Virus record (IMG/VR): IMGVR_UViG_3300021246_000107 | Coordinates: 1-52,961 of that record | Reading direction: 5' to 3' (one strand) | Source of the DNA: a virus | Taxonomy: Duplodnaviria; Caudoviricetes | Length of the DNA: 52,961 nt | Shown: piece after piece, positions 38,097 to 46,902 of the stretch | Layout of the letters: each line of letters begins with the position of its first letter | How positions within the stretch are numbered: the stretch's first letter is position 1 | Translations under genes and position numbers: made by a program | The notes under the pieces: model-generated | What the model saw: the letters and a program-made list of their open reading frames with translations, nothing else | Databases searched by the model: none | Told to the model about the DNA's origin: nothing

Positions 38097-38291
38097 TCAG
38101 GCTGCGCGGTCGTCGCGAATAGACTTACCAACAAGATCAAGGAGCCAGGACTTCAGGACTTCGCGGGCCAGGACAGACTTTTTCGTTCCATGGATCTGCG
38201 CGGCGTAGTCCAAAAGACCTTCGTACTTGTCATCCAGCAAAACCTTGATCTGGTTAACGTGCTTTTCGTTTGAGCGTGGTTCGTCTGCCAT
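38097..38291 (-). CDS. CII-position regulator (RHH-like)
   Basis: Downstream of cro; AAGGAG RBS; QIKVLLD...KSVLAREVL. Confidence 0.65.
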   Translation of the reverse strand: MADEPRSNEKHVNQIKVLLDDKYEGLLDYAAQIHGTKKSVLAREVLKSWLLDLVGKSIRDDRAA

Positions 38292-38320
38292 TGGTGAGGC
38301 TCCTTGGTTGTTCGAAGGGG

Positions 38321-38548
38321 TTAGGCGGCGGATTTCTTTGGGTGTTTTTGGGGAGGGAATGCGTCGTCTAGCCCGCATTCCGCACCAAGGGCATTCAGTG
38401 CGCGGACGATAAGACGAGCCTCACTAAGGCCAGGGCTTCGCAACCCCGACTCATAATTCGCAAGGCGGGATTGATTCCAGCCGAGCGCCCGACGCAGTGC
38501 GGCCTGAGTAATGCCAGCCCTCTCGCGGATCATTCGGACCTGATTCAT
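38321..38548 (-). CDS. cro: Cro-like HTH repressor
   Basis: GITQAALRRALGWNQSRLANYESG; divergent from cI. Confidence 0.88.
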   Translation of the reverse strand: MNQVRMIRERAGITQAALRRALGWNQSRLANYESGLRSPGLSEARLIVRALNALGAECGLDDAFPPQKHPKKSAA

Positions 38549-38573
38549 TTGGCACTCCTTCATAGATAATCAC

Positions 38574-38639
38574 AGGATAAACACGTTACGTGTTATTTAC
38601 AAACACAATAAGTGAAAGCCGGGTATTTCAATACGTGAT
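38574..38639. promoter_or_regulatory. pR promoter and OR operators
   Basis: Minus strand TTGTAA-N17-TATCCT. Operators AACACGTTACGTGTT (38580), AACACAATAAGTGAA (38602) and ATTTCAATACGTGAT (38625). Confidence 0.8.
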
Positions 38640-38651
38640 TGAATTCTGCAA

Positions 38652-39488
38652 ATGAATGAATCAATCGCACAGCGCATTAAGCGCGTCAGAGGTGTTGCTG
38701 GAATTTCTCAGGCAAAGCTTGCGGAGTCGTGTGGGTGGTCGCAGTCCCGCGTGGGAAATTACGAAGCAGGGACGCGAGAGCCTTCCTTAGCGGATATCGA
38801 ATCCATGGCGAAAGCTCTAGGAGTAGATAAGTCAGAACTTCTTATGGATATGCGCCCCGTGGACTCCATGCGGCAAGGCCTGACATCAGGCTCGCCTAGC
38901 GGCGTCTCCTCTGTCGAGATCGTTAGACAGATGCTCGCGAAGCATGGCAAAAACCTGACGGAAGACGCTCGAAGGATGATCGCGGCCGCGGTAGACGAGA
39001 CTGTCAGGGAGGTGAGCACTGGCAACGTCATAACTGTCGATTTCTCTCGTCATGGCCAAGTCGGAGACGAGGTCTGGATCGCGCACTACGACGTTCGAGC
39101 CGCTATGGGCGGTGGGCAGATCCCGCACGAATTCCCGGAAATGCTCCAGGATATAAGGGTCAGCCCCAAACATCTGCGCGAGATGGGCGTCACGTTCAAA
39201 GAGCACTTCCATCTCAAGATGATTACTGGGTGGGGCCAGTCCATGGCCCCGACGATCAAAGATCGCGACCCCTTGCTCGTTGACATCACCATCAGGGAGT
39301 TCACTGGGGACGGTATCTACCTCTTCTCTCACGACGAAATGCTTTACGTGAAGCGCCTGCAAAAGAAAGGTAAGGATCGCTTCAAGATGATCTCGGACAA
39401 CAAGCACCACGACCCAGAAGACATCCGGGTGGACGACACCCACATCCTGGCACGGGTGCTTTATGTATGGAACGGACAACCGGTATGA
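38652..39488 (+). CDS. cI: CI repressor (XRE HTH plus S24 peptidase)
   Basis: HTH; AAMGGG cleavage region; GQSMAP (Ser) and YVKRL (Lys). Confidence 0.95.
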   Translation: MNESIAQRIKRVRGVAGISQAKLAESCGWSQSRVGNYEAGTREPSLADIESMAKALGVDKSELLMDMRPVDSMRQGLTSGSPSGVSSVEIVRQMLAKHGKNLTEDARRMIAAAVDETVREVSTGNVITVDFSRHGQVGDEVWIAHYDVRAAMGGGQIPHEFPEMLQDIRVSPKHLREMGVTFKEHFHLKMITGWGQSMAPTIKDRDPLLVDITIREFTGDGIYLFSHDEMLYVKRLQKKGKDRFKMISDNKHHDPEDIRVDDTHILARVLYVWNGQPV

Positions 39489-39492
39489 CTCC

Positions 39493-39729
39493 ATGCCCCT
39501 CAAAAAACCCAACCAACAACTGCGCCGCGACTTGAAAGAGGCCGCAGCCCTTCTGAAATGGGCAGGCGTTGATTTATTTGTCGTGGCAAAGCAAATGCTG
39601 GCCGCAGGCGATGAGCCGGGTGCGAACGATTTGATGAAGATCGCGCTGAGCTTTCAGGAGACTGAGGATAGGTTGCAGGCGTATGCGGATGAGGTGAAAG
39701 CGGGAAGGATTGTGCGCGTGGAAAGCTAG
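39493..39729 (+). CDS. Hypothetical protein co-transcribed with cI
   Basis: MPLKKPNQQLRRDL; starts 4 nt after the cI stop. Confidence 0.65.
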   Translation: MPLKKPNQQLRRDLKEAAALLKWAGVDLFVVAKQMLAAGDEPGANDLMKIALSFQETEDRLQAYADEVKAGRIVRVES

Positions 39730-39782
39730 AGTAGAAGGCACAACGAATCTGGTCACTCGACCATCACAAGGGGGCGAATCTG

Positions 39783-40301
39783 GTGACAACCATCAAGTTC
39801 AGTTACAGGGATGCAAAGGGCGACTTGAGTCAGCGCGAGCTGATCCAATGGTCAGAGAACTCGCTCTACATTCAGGGAAGGTCTGCTACTGACCCATTCC
39901 CAAAAACCTTCAGGAAAGACCGCATAGTTGAAGTTCACTTTGGTGCCGAGCTGCTGCTGAATGACGCCGCGCCACCAGCTCCAACCTTGCTGCCAAAACC
40001 ACGTCCAGCGGCCATAGCCGGATCGGGCGCTCCTCCCCACCATCCACAACCAAAGGTACCGCCCGGCGGCATTAACCAAATTCTCTTCACTGGTTTCGCG
40101 GCTGCACACCGGGCTGAGCTTGAGCAAAAGGCGCTGGATTCAGGGCTCAAGGTTATGAGTACGCCTGGCAAAACGCTGACTTTTCTCTGCTATGGCGATA
40201 ACGCCGGCCCTACTAAGGTTGCGAAAGCACAGGAGGCCGGAGCCTTCATCATTGATGCTGAGCAGTTTTTGAGTTTGATAATAACTGGTGAGATGCCTTA
40301 G
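39783..40301 (+). CDS. WYL-like plus BRCT domain protein
   Basis: IKFSYRDAKGDLSQRE...KTFRKDRI; Pro linker; ILFTGF...LCYGDNAGPTKVAKA. Confidence 0.75.
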   Translation: MTTIKFSYRDAKGDLSQRELIQWSENSLYIQGRSATDPFPKTFRKDRIVEVHFGAELLLNDAAPPAPTLLPKPRPAAIAGSGAPPHHPQPKVPPGGINQILFTGFAAAHRAELEQKALDSGLKVMSTPGKTLTFLCYGDNAGPTKVAKAQEAGAFIIDAEQFLSLIITGEMP

Positions 40302-40362
40302 CTGGGATGGTGGCGGGATTACACACTGAAAACTCCGGAGGATCGGCAGCTCCGCTGTACAG

Positions 40363-40391
40363 AGAGCCCGCCATCGAGCGGGCTTTTTGTT
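40363..40391 (+). terminator. Intrinsic terminator
   Basis: AGCCCGC-catcga-GCGGGCT-TTTTGTT. Confidence 0.75.
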
Positions 40392-40396
40392 GTCCA

Positions 40397-40708
40397 TCAG
40401 AAAGGCGCCGGATCTTCTTCCTGCTCAAGTTCAACCTCCCCCCTCCCCGCCGTCTCCACCTCCTGCGGCTCCCATCTCACCGTCACGCTGCCGTCGTCAT
40501 TAAGCGTCAACTCAAGCTCGTCCGTGTCGGCAATCACGCCCAAAACCTCCTCCCACTCTCTATCTCCATCCGCGTCTAAGCGATGGATCCTCACCCAGCG
40601 CTGAGTCTGTGCCAAGGGATGATTGATCATTGCCGAAACGCGCAATCCCAGTCGCTCCACACCAGCCATCTCTTGCCGAACGGCCGGTTCCAGATGCTTC
40701 TTTGTCAT
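40397..40708 (-). CDS. DUF1654-family protein
   Basis: ERLGLRVSAMINHP.AQ...WEEVL...DGSVTVRWE. Confidence 0.8.
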   Translation of the reverse strand: MTKKHLEPAVRQEMAGVERLGLRVSAMINHPLAQTQRWVRIHRLDADGDREWEEVLGVIADTDELELTLNDDGSVTVRWEPQEVETAGRGEVELEQEEDPAPF

Positions 40709-40729
40709 GATTTCCCGCCTTCATTATTG

Positions 40730-40745
40730 CTGTATATGCATACAG
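40730..40745. promoter_or_regulatory. LexA (SOS) box
   Basis: CTGTATATGCATACAG, 22 nt upstream of the DUF1654 gene. Confidence 0.85.
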
Positions 40746-40816
40746 CTCAGCAAAATCATATCCCGCGAAATTAGAAACCTTAAGTGAAAGGTCGTGTGCT
40801 AATTGACACAATCAAA

Positions 40817-40858
40817 ATCACGTTTCGTGTTGACTAATAAAACACAATACGTGATAGT
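40817..40858 (+). promoter_or_regulatory. pL promoter and OL operators
   Basis: TTGACT-N17-GATAGT. Operators ATCACGTTTCGTGTT (40817) and AACACAATACGTGAT (40841) match the OR consensus. Confidence 0.85.
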
Positions 40859-41179
40859 TCGCCCATCGCATCAACACACCTACTGCGAAGGGCCTCCCGC
40901 CCGCCGCTCTTTGGTTTCACCCCTTGCCGGATCACTACCGGCCCAGATCCAAGGCAGCGATGAACCGGCCTAAACGGTTCAGAGGGTTGGCAACTGACCC
41001 GGGCGTGCAGCGTAAAGCGCCAAGAACAGTTATCCAGCGGGAGAACAAGCCGAAAGGCCCGCGGCTGGGAGAACATTTGATTCAAGCCGGTGACCGACGC
41101 CAGTCGCGGGTCACGGAGGAAGTTTTCACTGATGCACCTGGTTACCCGGGTGCATTGGGAAAACAACCGGAGCATGAGC

Positions 41180-41377
41180 ATGGACAAAGTCATCCACATC
41201 ACTCTGCGCGGCGAAATGCAGGTATTTGCCGATGAGAGCCTGGACGCCTGCATCCAGGAGGCAAACAAACTCAACGCTGAGCGTGGATACACCAGCGGCG
41301 TTCGCGTCGTTGAGTGCGAAGACGGTCATCGAATGACGGCGGCGGACTGCAAGGCTGCTGCCCGATCTTCGCTATGA
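41180..41377 (+). CDS. First pL gene, hypothetical
   Basis: GGAG RBS; MDKVIHITLRG. Confidence 0.65.
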   Translation: MDKVIHITLRGEMQVFADESLDACIQEANKLNAERGYTSGVRVVECEDGHRMTAADCKAAARSSL

Positions 41378-41405
41378 GCGCGCGTCGAGCTATCAACAAG
41401 CGTGT

Positions 41406-41921
41406 TCAGATGGTGCGCTTGCTTTCATGGACATCTCGAAGTGCAAGCCACGCCAAGTAGAAGCCCCCCGTGCGTCCGCAGAACAAGCCGACCGTAAACC
41501 CTGATGCGGCACCAGCAAGGGCGAGCATTTCCACAGTGGCCGAGAATTCTGGATGCACGGCAGCTTGATAACCGATGAAGTATTTCACGGCAAAAAAGAG
41601 AAGCGAGATACCAAGAACTTTCCATGTCCCAGGAACGATCAGGTGCTTGCCCTCCTCGTCCAAAGTCAGTCCGCGTCGAGGAAATAGCGCAAATGCGACT
41701 AAGCCACCTAAAAGCATTCCCGTGAACCAACTGCCCACGGTCAACCCAACGCTGTCCGCGTAGCTGAGAGAAAGGAGTGACCAGACCACCAAAACAACCG
41801 GTGTAATGATCAGCGACCGCTGACTTTCACGACTGGTTTTCCGGGCACTAAAACCGTAGTAGCAGACTAAGAGAAATGCGCCGTAAACCCAGAGTGGCGT
41901 GCCTTCCAGAGCATCGAGCAT
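41406..41921 (-). CDS. Multi-pass membrane protein (DUF6622/CcdC-like)
   Basis: About 5 TMs; GTPLWVY...VPGTW...FAVKY. Confidence 0.75.
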   Translation of the reverse strand: MLDALEGTPLWVYGAFLLVCYYGFSARKTSRESQRSLIITPVVLVVWSLLSLSYADSVGLTVGSWFTGMLLGGLVAFALFPRRGLTLDEEGKHLIVPGTWKVLGISLLFFAVKYFIGYQAAVHPEFSATVEMLALAGAASGFTVGLFCGRTGGFYLAWLALRDVHESKRTI

Positions 41922-42417
41922 TGTTCAGCTTCCCTGCCAAAGTTTGTGGTCGGATGCTGGCATAGCCTCGTAGATGTTGCCACTTATTTCAAACAAGACG
42001 AGCGCCCTCAAGAGGCTGCATCGGAATGTCGGCGGGTCATGAAAAAAGCTGAGCTGGATTGGCGAGCAATGCGATACACCCGGACGCAGCCAATCGTCAC
42101 AGTCAGGACCGACATTCCAATGCAGCTTCGATAGGTGGCCACTGCCGGAAGGCTTCGCCCATCACCCTAACAGGCAGCGGAAAGCAGGGCCGACGATGTC
42201 ACCGCGCATCAGCCGAAAGGCAGGCTCAACCCAAATGAAGAAGATCATCGCAGGCGAGTCCGAGGGCATAGCTGACCAGACTCGACACATCCCGGGCAGT
42301 GCCGGGCGCCTGCACCCTTCCCCACCTCTATTACGTCAGCACTCCTCCCCCGCGCCCAACGGCAACCAGCAGGCGGTCAGATTGCTGACAAATAAATGCA
42401 ACCCACCATAAGGAATC

Positions 42418-42783
42418 GTGATGAACCAAACCATTTGCCAAAAACAAGCGGTCCTGCAGGCGTTGCGGGATCGGTTTGCACTGTCCACCTCGGAGATGTA
42501 CGTGATGATCGGTCGCGAAGAGCCAGTAAAGGTGCCCCGCTTCAACGTGTTGCCGCTCGGCAAGAACACGTTCGACGTTATCGAGCGGTCCACTGGCCGC
42601 TCCCGCGGTGCACGCCTGGGCCACGACTGCGCCTGCCAGTACGCAGAGGAGCTTGAACACATCGCGGACTTCACTGACGCGGTGAAATCCACATCGAAGC
42701 GCTTCGGGGTCCGCCTTCTTCGCTGGGCGATCGGCTTCGTAACGCTGCTGGCGGTGTTCGCCTACTACGGTGCGCAGCAATGA
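42418..42783 (+). CDS. Hypothetical protein with C-terminal TM
   Basis: AAGGA RBS; phage-like codon usage. Confidence 0.7.
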   Translation: MMNQTICQKQAVLQALRDRFALSTSEMYVMIGREEPVKVPRFNVLPLGKNTFDVIERSTGRSRGARLGHDCACQYAEELEHIADFTDAVKSTSKRFGVRLLRWAIGFVTLLAVFAYYGAQQ

Positions 42784-43019
42784 TCGGCGTACCAATGCCC
42801 AACCCTCGAAACTCGATCATCACAAACCTGAAACAACAGTTTGACCATCTCCTAGCTGCCTCCGACAATCTCCGCGCCTTCCATATCGACAACGACGCCA
42901 GCGGAATCATGGACCGAGTCCAAGGTTTCATGTGGATCAAAGGTCAAGATGTGGCACGCCAACATGTTCTGCCATGTACTCGAGGTGGTCGGCCAACAGT
43001 TCTGATAATTAGATTTTAA
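42780..43019 (+). CDS. Hypothetical protein, possibly truncated
   Basis: ATGA-coupled; GC content drops toward the 3' end. Confidence 0.45.
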   Translation: MIGVPMPNPRNSIITNLKQQFDHLLAASDNLRAFHIDNDASGIMDRVQGFMWIKGQDVARQHVLPCTRGGRPTVLIIRF

Positions 43020-43184
43020 ACGCGACGATTGCATTGATAACGCTAGAGGAAAATCTATGGCGACTCATGCTTTTGATGGATGGGTGTGAGGAAAAACTTC
43101 TGAGCAAGGGGGCATGATCGCGCCCCCAATTGCGCCGCCTATAAAACAAGAAAAACAAAACCTCTAACTACAAATAAACATTAT

Positions 43185-43625
43185 TCATTGATCAGTTTTG
43201 GCGCGTGAATTAGACCTTCTTTGAGAACTCCTAGCCGCTACATCCTCCGGAAGCAATGCGGGCTCCAAGGCGGACAATGTATTATTAATTATAGCCATCT
43301 GTGTGCTTTTCAGAGCAGCGTTATATTTCAAAACAACATCAGGATCTGGGTTTTTATTTTTCGAATATTCATCGAGATCAGTAGATAGATGCTGAAACTG
43401 CGATTTCAGCTTTCTTTTTACAAAATTATACCTAACATATCCAACAACAATAGAAAACAAATTATTTAATAGAAGCGCCAGCACTGGAGTAGCGTAAATC
43501 ATTAGATGTTTTGCATCTGAACCCTCGGGGATTTTTTGTACAAAAAACAACATAACTCCACCGATAAGCCCTGCAACGGTATCAGATAGACTAAGAGGAG
43601 TTTTTTTGGCAGACGATTCCGACAT
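43185..43625 (-). CDS. Two-TM membrane protein (cargo)
   Basis: AGGAGG RBS; very AT-rich. Confidence 0.7.
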   Translation of the reverse strand: MSESSAKKTPLSLSDTVAGLIGGVMLFFVQKIPEGSDAKHLMIYATPVLALLLNNLFSIVVGYVRYNFVKRKLKSQFQHLSTDLDEYSKNKNPDPDVVLKYNAALKSTQMAIINNTLSALEPALLPEDVAARSSQRRSNSRAKTDQ

Positions 43626-43636
43626 AACGCCTCCTA

Positions 43637-44053
43637 TCAAACCAAAGCTTCTGGAAATTTATCATAGGCATAGTCGTACGCTGACAAAATAGCCGCTATA
43701 TAATTCTTCAAAATCGCTTGGAAATCTTCGTCGCGATAAATGAATCCTTCGCACGATAAATGTATGCCATCTTCTTTAAACCAGCACTTAACTAGCCTGT
43801 AGTTTAAGTTTATATATTGAATAACTGGAAAACGAATATTCGCCTCGTCCTCAGTCGGCTCAGGGACGTGAGCAGCGAATTCCAACATGATAAATTCGGG
43901 GAGTTTAGAATCAAAAGCCAATCTATACGCGTATCCATTTTCGTACTTAAAAAAAATGCAGCTATCAAATACCTTCTCGATAGTCCCGCCATTTTTTAGA
44001 AGCAAAGCTTCATATTTTGTTGACAACCGTCCATCACTATTTACACTCGTCAT
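43637..44053 (-). CDS. YbjN/T3SS-chaperone-like protein (cargo)
   Basis: 138 aa, acidic; IFFKYENG..Y.L, INLNYRLVKC and an amphipathic C-terminal helix. Confidence 0.55.
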   Translation of the reverse strand: MTSVNSDGRLSTKYEALLLKNGGTIEKVFDSCIFFKYENGYAYRLAFDSKLPEFIMLEFAAHVPEPTEDEANIRFPVIQYINLNYRLVKCWFKEDGIHLSCEGFIYRDEDFQAILKNYIAAILSAYDYAYDKFPEALV

Positions 44054-44250
44054 CTGCTTTACTCCACATTGAAAAACCTGTGCAAATTATAGGAAAACTT
44101 CAAATAGCTCAAATTTGCCTGATTTTGAGCAGCCAAAAGCCATCCGAAAGCGCACCACGATGTATTTCATGCGCCTAATAGCCCGCATCCAACAACGAAA
44201 ATGTCAAACCTGGTTCGCACTGCCGGCCAGCGGAATAGAAGAGGTAGGCC

Positions 44251-44535
44251 ATGGCCAAATCAGCACAAGAACGGTCGGCCAAGGCTGCGCAAAAGCGGCT
44301 GGCAGTAGCCGAGAAGGAATTGCGGCACAAGGTCAGGCCGGGTATCGAGCAGGCCATGGAGCGTATCCGGCTACGCGGCCAGATGCCGATCATCAGCGAA
44401 GTCCTGCAGATCGCCATTATGAAGATGGACTTGATGGCCGACGGCGATCTGATTGAGCTCTTGCGATATCCACGCCACGAAATCGTGATTAGCGAAAATG
44501 TGGCGTGGGAATTTCAAAATCAGAGCCTGATCTGA
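44251..44535 (+). CDS. Hypothetical phage protein
   Basis: GAGG RBS; MAKSAQERSAKAAQKR. Confidence 0.72.
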   Translation: MAKSAQERSAKAAQKRLAVAEKELRHKVRPGIEQAMERIRLRGQMPIISEVLQIAIMKMDLMADGDLIELLRYPRHEIVISENVAWEFQNQSLI

Positions 44536-44605
44536 GATTCGAAAAAACCAGGCGATGAAATTGTTAGTCCATAAACCATCTGATCGCTCCGTCCCTGAAT
44601 GAACT

Positions 44606-45424
44606 TTACTTATTAGTGTATGCGGCTTCTCTGATTTTTAATGCGAGTTGGTTTTCACCTAGGGACAATACATCTGCATGAGCCACATGTTCAAAGTTCA
44701 GCAGCCGCTGAACATCCAAATTATCAAACAAAGCATACTCATTTGCAAAACGATTGAACTTCCTCCCCTTCTCACTAAGGCAATTGTAAAAAATGAAAAC
44801 TAGCTCATAGTCAGATAACAAAGAGCGCATGACCGCTCCTAAATGTTTTCTTTGCGAAGGATCCACCCCATCAAGAAATCTAAATACAGAATAAAGACTT
44901 CTGAAGTAAAGACCTAAATCCCCCTGATGAGATCTGTATACCTTTTTAAAAGCTTCAACTCCACGAATGATATCTGGCTTGCCTTGAGATTCGGGGCTCA
45001 CAGCGACGTACCGCGCCTGCATTTTTCGCTTCCAATCGCGAAAGCAATCTCGTCCCTGTATCGTATGGGCATCGGGACCACTACGATGCAAATCAAAACC
45101 TTGGACAACTTGCTGCTGAAGAGCAAGCATATTGTAAAACTGTGACTCTGTTTGCTGCTTAGTGTTTTGAATATGGCTTTCCTTTAAATCCTTTCTCTGA
45201 AAATAAAGCGTGATCAGTACACCAGAGAACGCTAAGCCGGAAAAAAGGGCATTCAGGGCGCCAAATGCATCTCCAAATGTCCCACTACGAACCCCCTTTA
45301 AATCAGTAATGTCCTCCGGCGAGGAATAACCCGAGTACAAAAAAAAGTAATAGCCAACATATGCTATTAATACTGCCAATACACCACCAGCAATCATTAT
45401 TTCAGCACTAATTTTTTTCTTCAT
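44606..45424 (-). CDS. Putative phage abortive infection protein (AbiC-like)
   Basis: GTFGDAFGALNALFSGLAF, QFYNML, GRDCF, YFRSLY..FRF and LSDYELVFIFYNCL motifs. Confidence 0.8.
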   Translation of the reverse strand: MKKKISAEIMIAGGVLAVLIAYVGYYFFLYSGYSSPEDITDLKGVRSGTFGDAFGALNALFSGLAFSGVLITLYFQRKDLKESHIQNTKQQTESQFYNMLALQQQVVQGFDLHRSGPDAHTIQGRDCFRDWKRKMQARYVAVSPESQGKPDIIRGVEAFKKVYRSHQGDLGLYFRSLYSVFRFLDGVDPSQRKHLGAVMRSLLSDYELVFIFYNCLSEKGRKFNRFANEYALFDNLDVQRLLNFEHVAHADVLSLGENQLALKIREAAYTNK

Positions 45425-45439
45425 ATACTTATACCCACC

Positions 45440-45514
45440 TGACCCGGCTCCATGCCGGTCACCCGTAATACCCCAACCAAAACCAAATTGCCACCACCGG
45501 CCACGGAGGGCGGC
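45440..45514. repeat. 75-bp direct repeat, copy 1
   Basis: 67/75 identical to 46816-46890. Confidence 0.92.
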
Positions 45515-45534
45515 GCCTACCTGAGGTAAACGCA

Positions 45535-46542
45535 ATGCCCATTCTCCACAGCGTAATCCACAAGATCGACAAGAAGCCCGACGGCACCCCGGCTGCTCTG
45601 CACCTGGCCGGCGCCGAGCAGAAAGATAGTGGCGCCCGCGACGATTTGATGAGCCAACTCAACGAAAGCTACAACGCCACGACCGGAAAGTCCTGGGGCT
45701 TCTTCCATGCTGAATCGGGCGCTCACCCTCTGAGCAGCTGGCTTTCCAAATACATGGCGGGCGTAACTAACTTCCTGGCGTTCAGCACCACGGCCGTCGA
45801 ACACCTGACTAAGCTGATGGAAGAGTCGACCCCCACCACCGGTGGGCACGCCCTCTTCTGCCACTACCAGCAAGGCCTGACCGATTACCTGGTTATCGCT
45901 CTGGTTCAGGAAACCGAAGCGGTGACCATGACAGAAGAGCTCGCCCTGATGACGGTGAAGCGCCTGGACCTGGACCATATCCGCCTGGCCGCGCGCATCA
46001 ACATCAGCGAATGGCAGAACAATCCAAAGTCGAAGCAGTACATCTCGTACCTCAAGGGCAAGCAGGGTCGCCGGATCAACGAGTACTTTCGCGACTTCAT
46101 CGGTTGCCAGGAAGGGATCGACGGCCCAGGCGAAACGCGCACACTGCTGAAGGCGTTCAGCGACTTCGTTGAAAGCGAGGATCTGGGCGAGGAATCGGCG
46201 CGGGAGAAGACGAACACCCTGGTCAGCTACTCAATGGCCCAGGCCAAACTGGGCGAGCCAATCACCCTCGACGAGCTTTCGGGGCTGATCGACGAAGACC
46301 AGCCGCGCAGCTTCTACGACTTCATCAAGGCCAAGGACTACGGGATTTCTGAGACCCTGCCGCCGGACAAGAAAACCCTCAACAAATTCCGGCGTTTCAC
46401 CGGCCGGGCCGAGGGCATGTCGATCAGCTTTGAGGCGCACCTTCTGGGGGACAAGATCGAGTTTGACGAAGCTGGTGGCACGCTGACGCTACGAAACTTG
46501 CCGACCCAGCTCACTGATCAGCTCAAGCGCGCAGCGGCCTAA
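45535..46542 (+). CDS. yejK: Nucleoid-associated protein NdpA/YejK
   Basis: [27 protein letters not shown] and YFRDFIGC motifs. Confidence 0.92.
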   Translation: MPILHSVIHKIDKKPDGTPAALHLAGAEQKDSGARDDLMSQLNESYNATTGKSWGFFHAESGAHPLSSWLSKYMAGVTNFLAFSTTAVEHLTKLMEESTPTTGGHALFCHYQQGLTDYLVIALVQETEAVTMTEELALMTVKRLDLDHIRLAARINISEWQNNPKSKQYISYLKGKQGRRINEYFRDFIGCQEGIDGPGETRTLLKAFSDFVESEDLGEESAREKTNTLVSYSMAQAKLGEPITLDELSGLIDEDQPRSFYDFIKAKDYGISETLPPDKKTLNKFRRFTGRAEGMSISFEAHLLGDKIEFDEAGGTLTLRNLPTQLTDQLKRAAA

Positions 46543-46580
46543 CATTGAGTGTGCGCCGCGCAACAAACCTCCGGCACTCC

Positions 46581-46808
46581 TTAAGCCTTCAAGGGGATCA
46601 GGTCCAGCACCAGCAAGTGCGCACTGTTTATCTCGTCGCAAGCCATTGTGATGTAGGGGTAATCGACCTGACGATAATGGCTGTCACCAAGGATCTGAGC
46701 ATTTGCCTTCTTTACCAGCGAAGTCAAATCAAGTCCGCTTTCACCTGCTGCTGCGATCACTGATACCAGCGCTTGCTGAAGCGCTATTTCCCGTTGCGTA
46801 CTCATCAT
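46581..46808 (-). CDS. Small hypothetical protein (cargo)
   Basis: AAGGAG RBS directly adjacent to repeat copy 2. Confidence 0.65.
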   Translation of the reverse strand: MMSTQREIALQQALVSVIAAAGESGLDLTSLVKKANAQILGDSHYRQVDYPYITMACDEINSAHLLVLDLIPLKA

Positions 46809-46815
46809 TACTCCT

Positions 46816-46890
46816 TGATCCGGCTCCATGCCGGTCACCCGTAATACCCCAGCCGAAACCAAATTGCCACTAGCGGTACCGGAGGGCGGC
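46816..46890. repeat. 75-bp direct repeat, copy 2
   Basis: 67/75 identical to 45440-45514. Confidence 0.92.
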
Positions 46891-46902
46891 ACAATCGGCG
46901 AT

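Noticed and set aside
45440-46890. Repeats as a CRISPR array, attL/attR or attC sites
   Set aside because: Only two copies 1.4 kb apart, internal to the phage, with no attC core ends and no cas genes.
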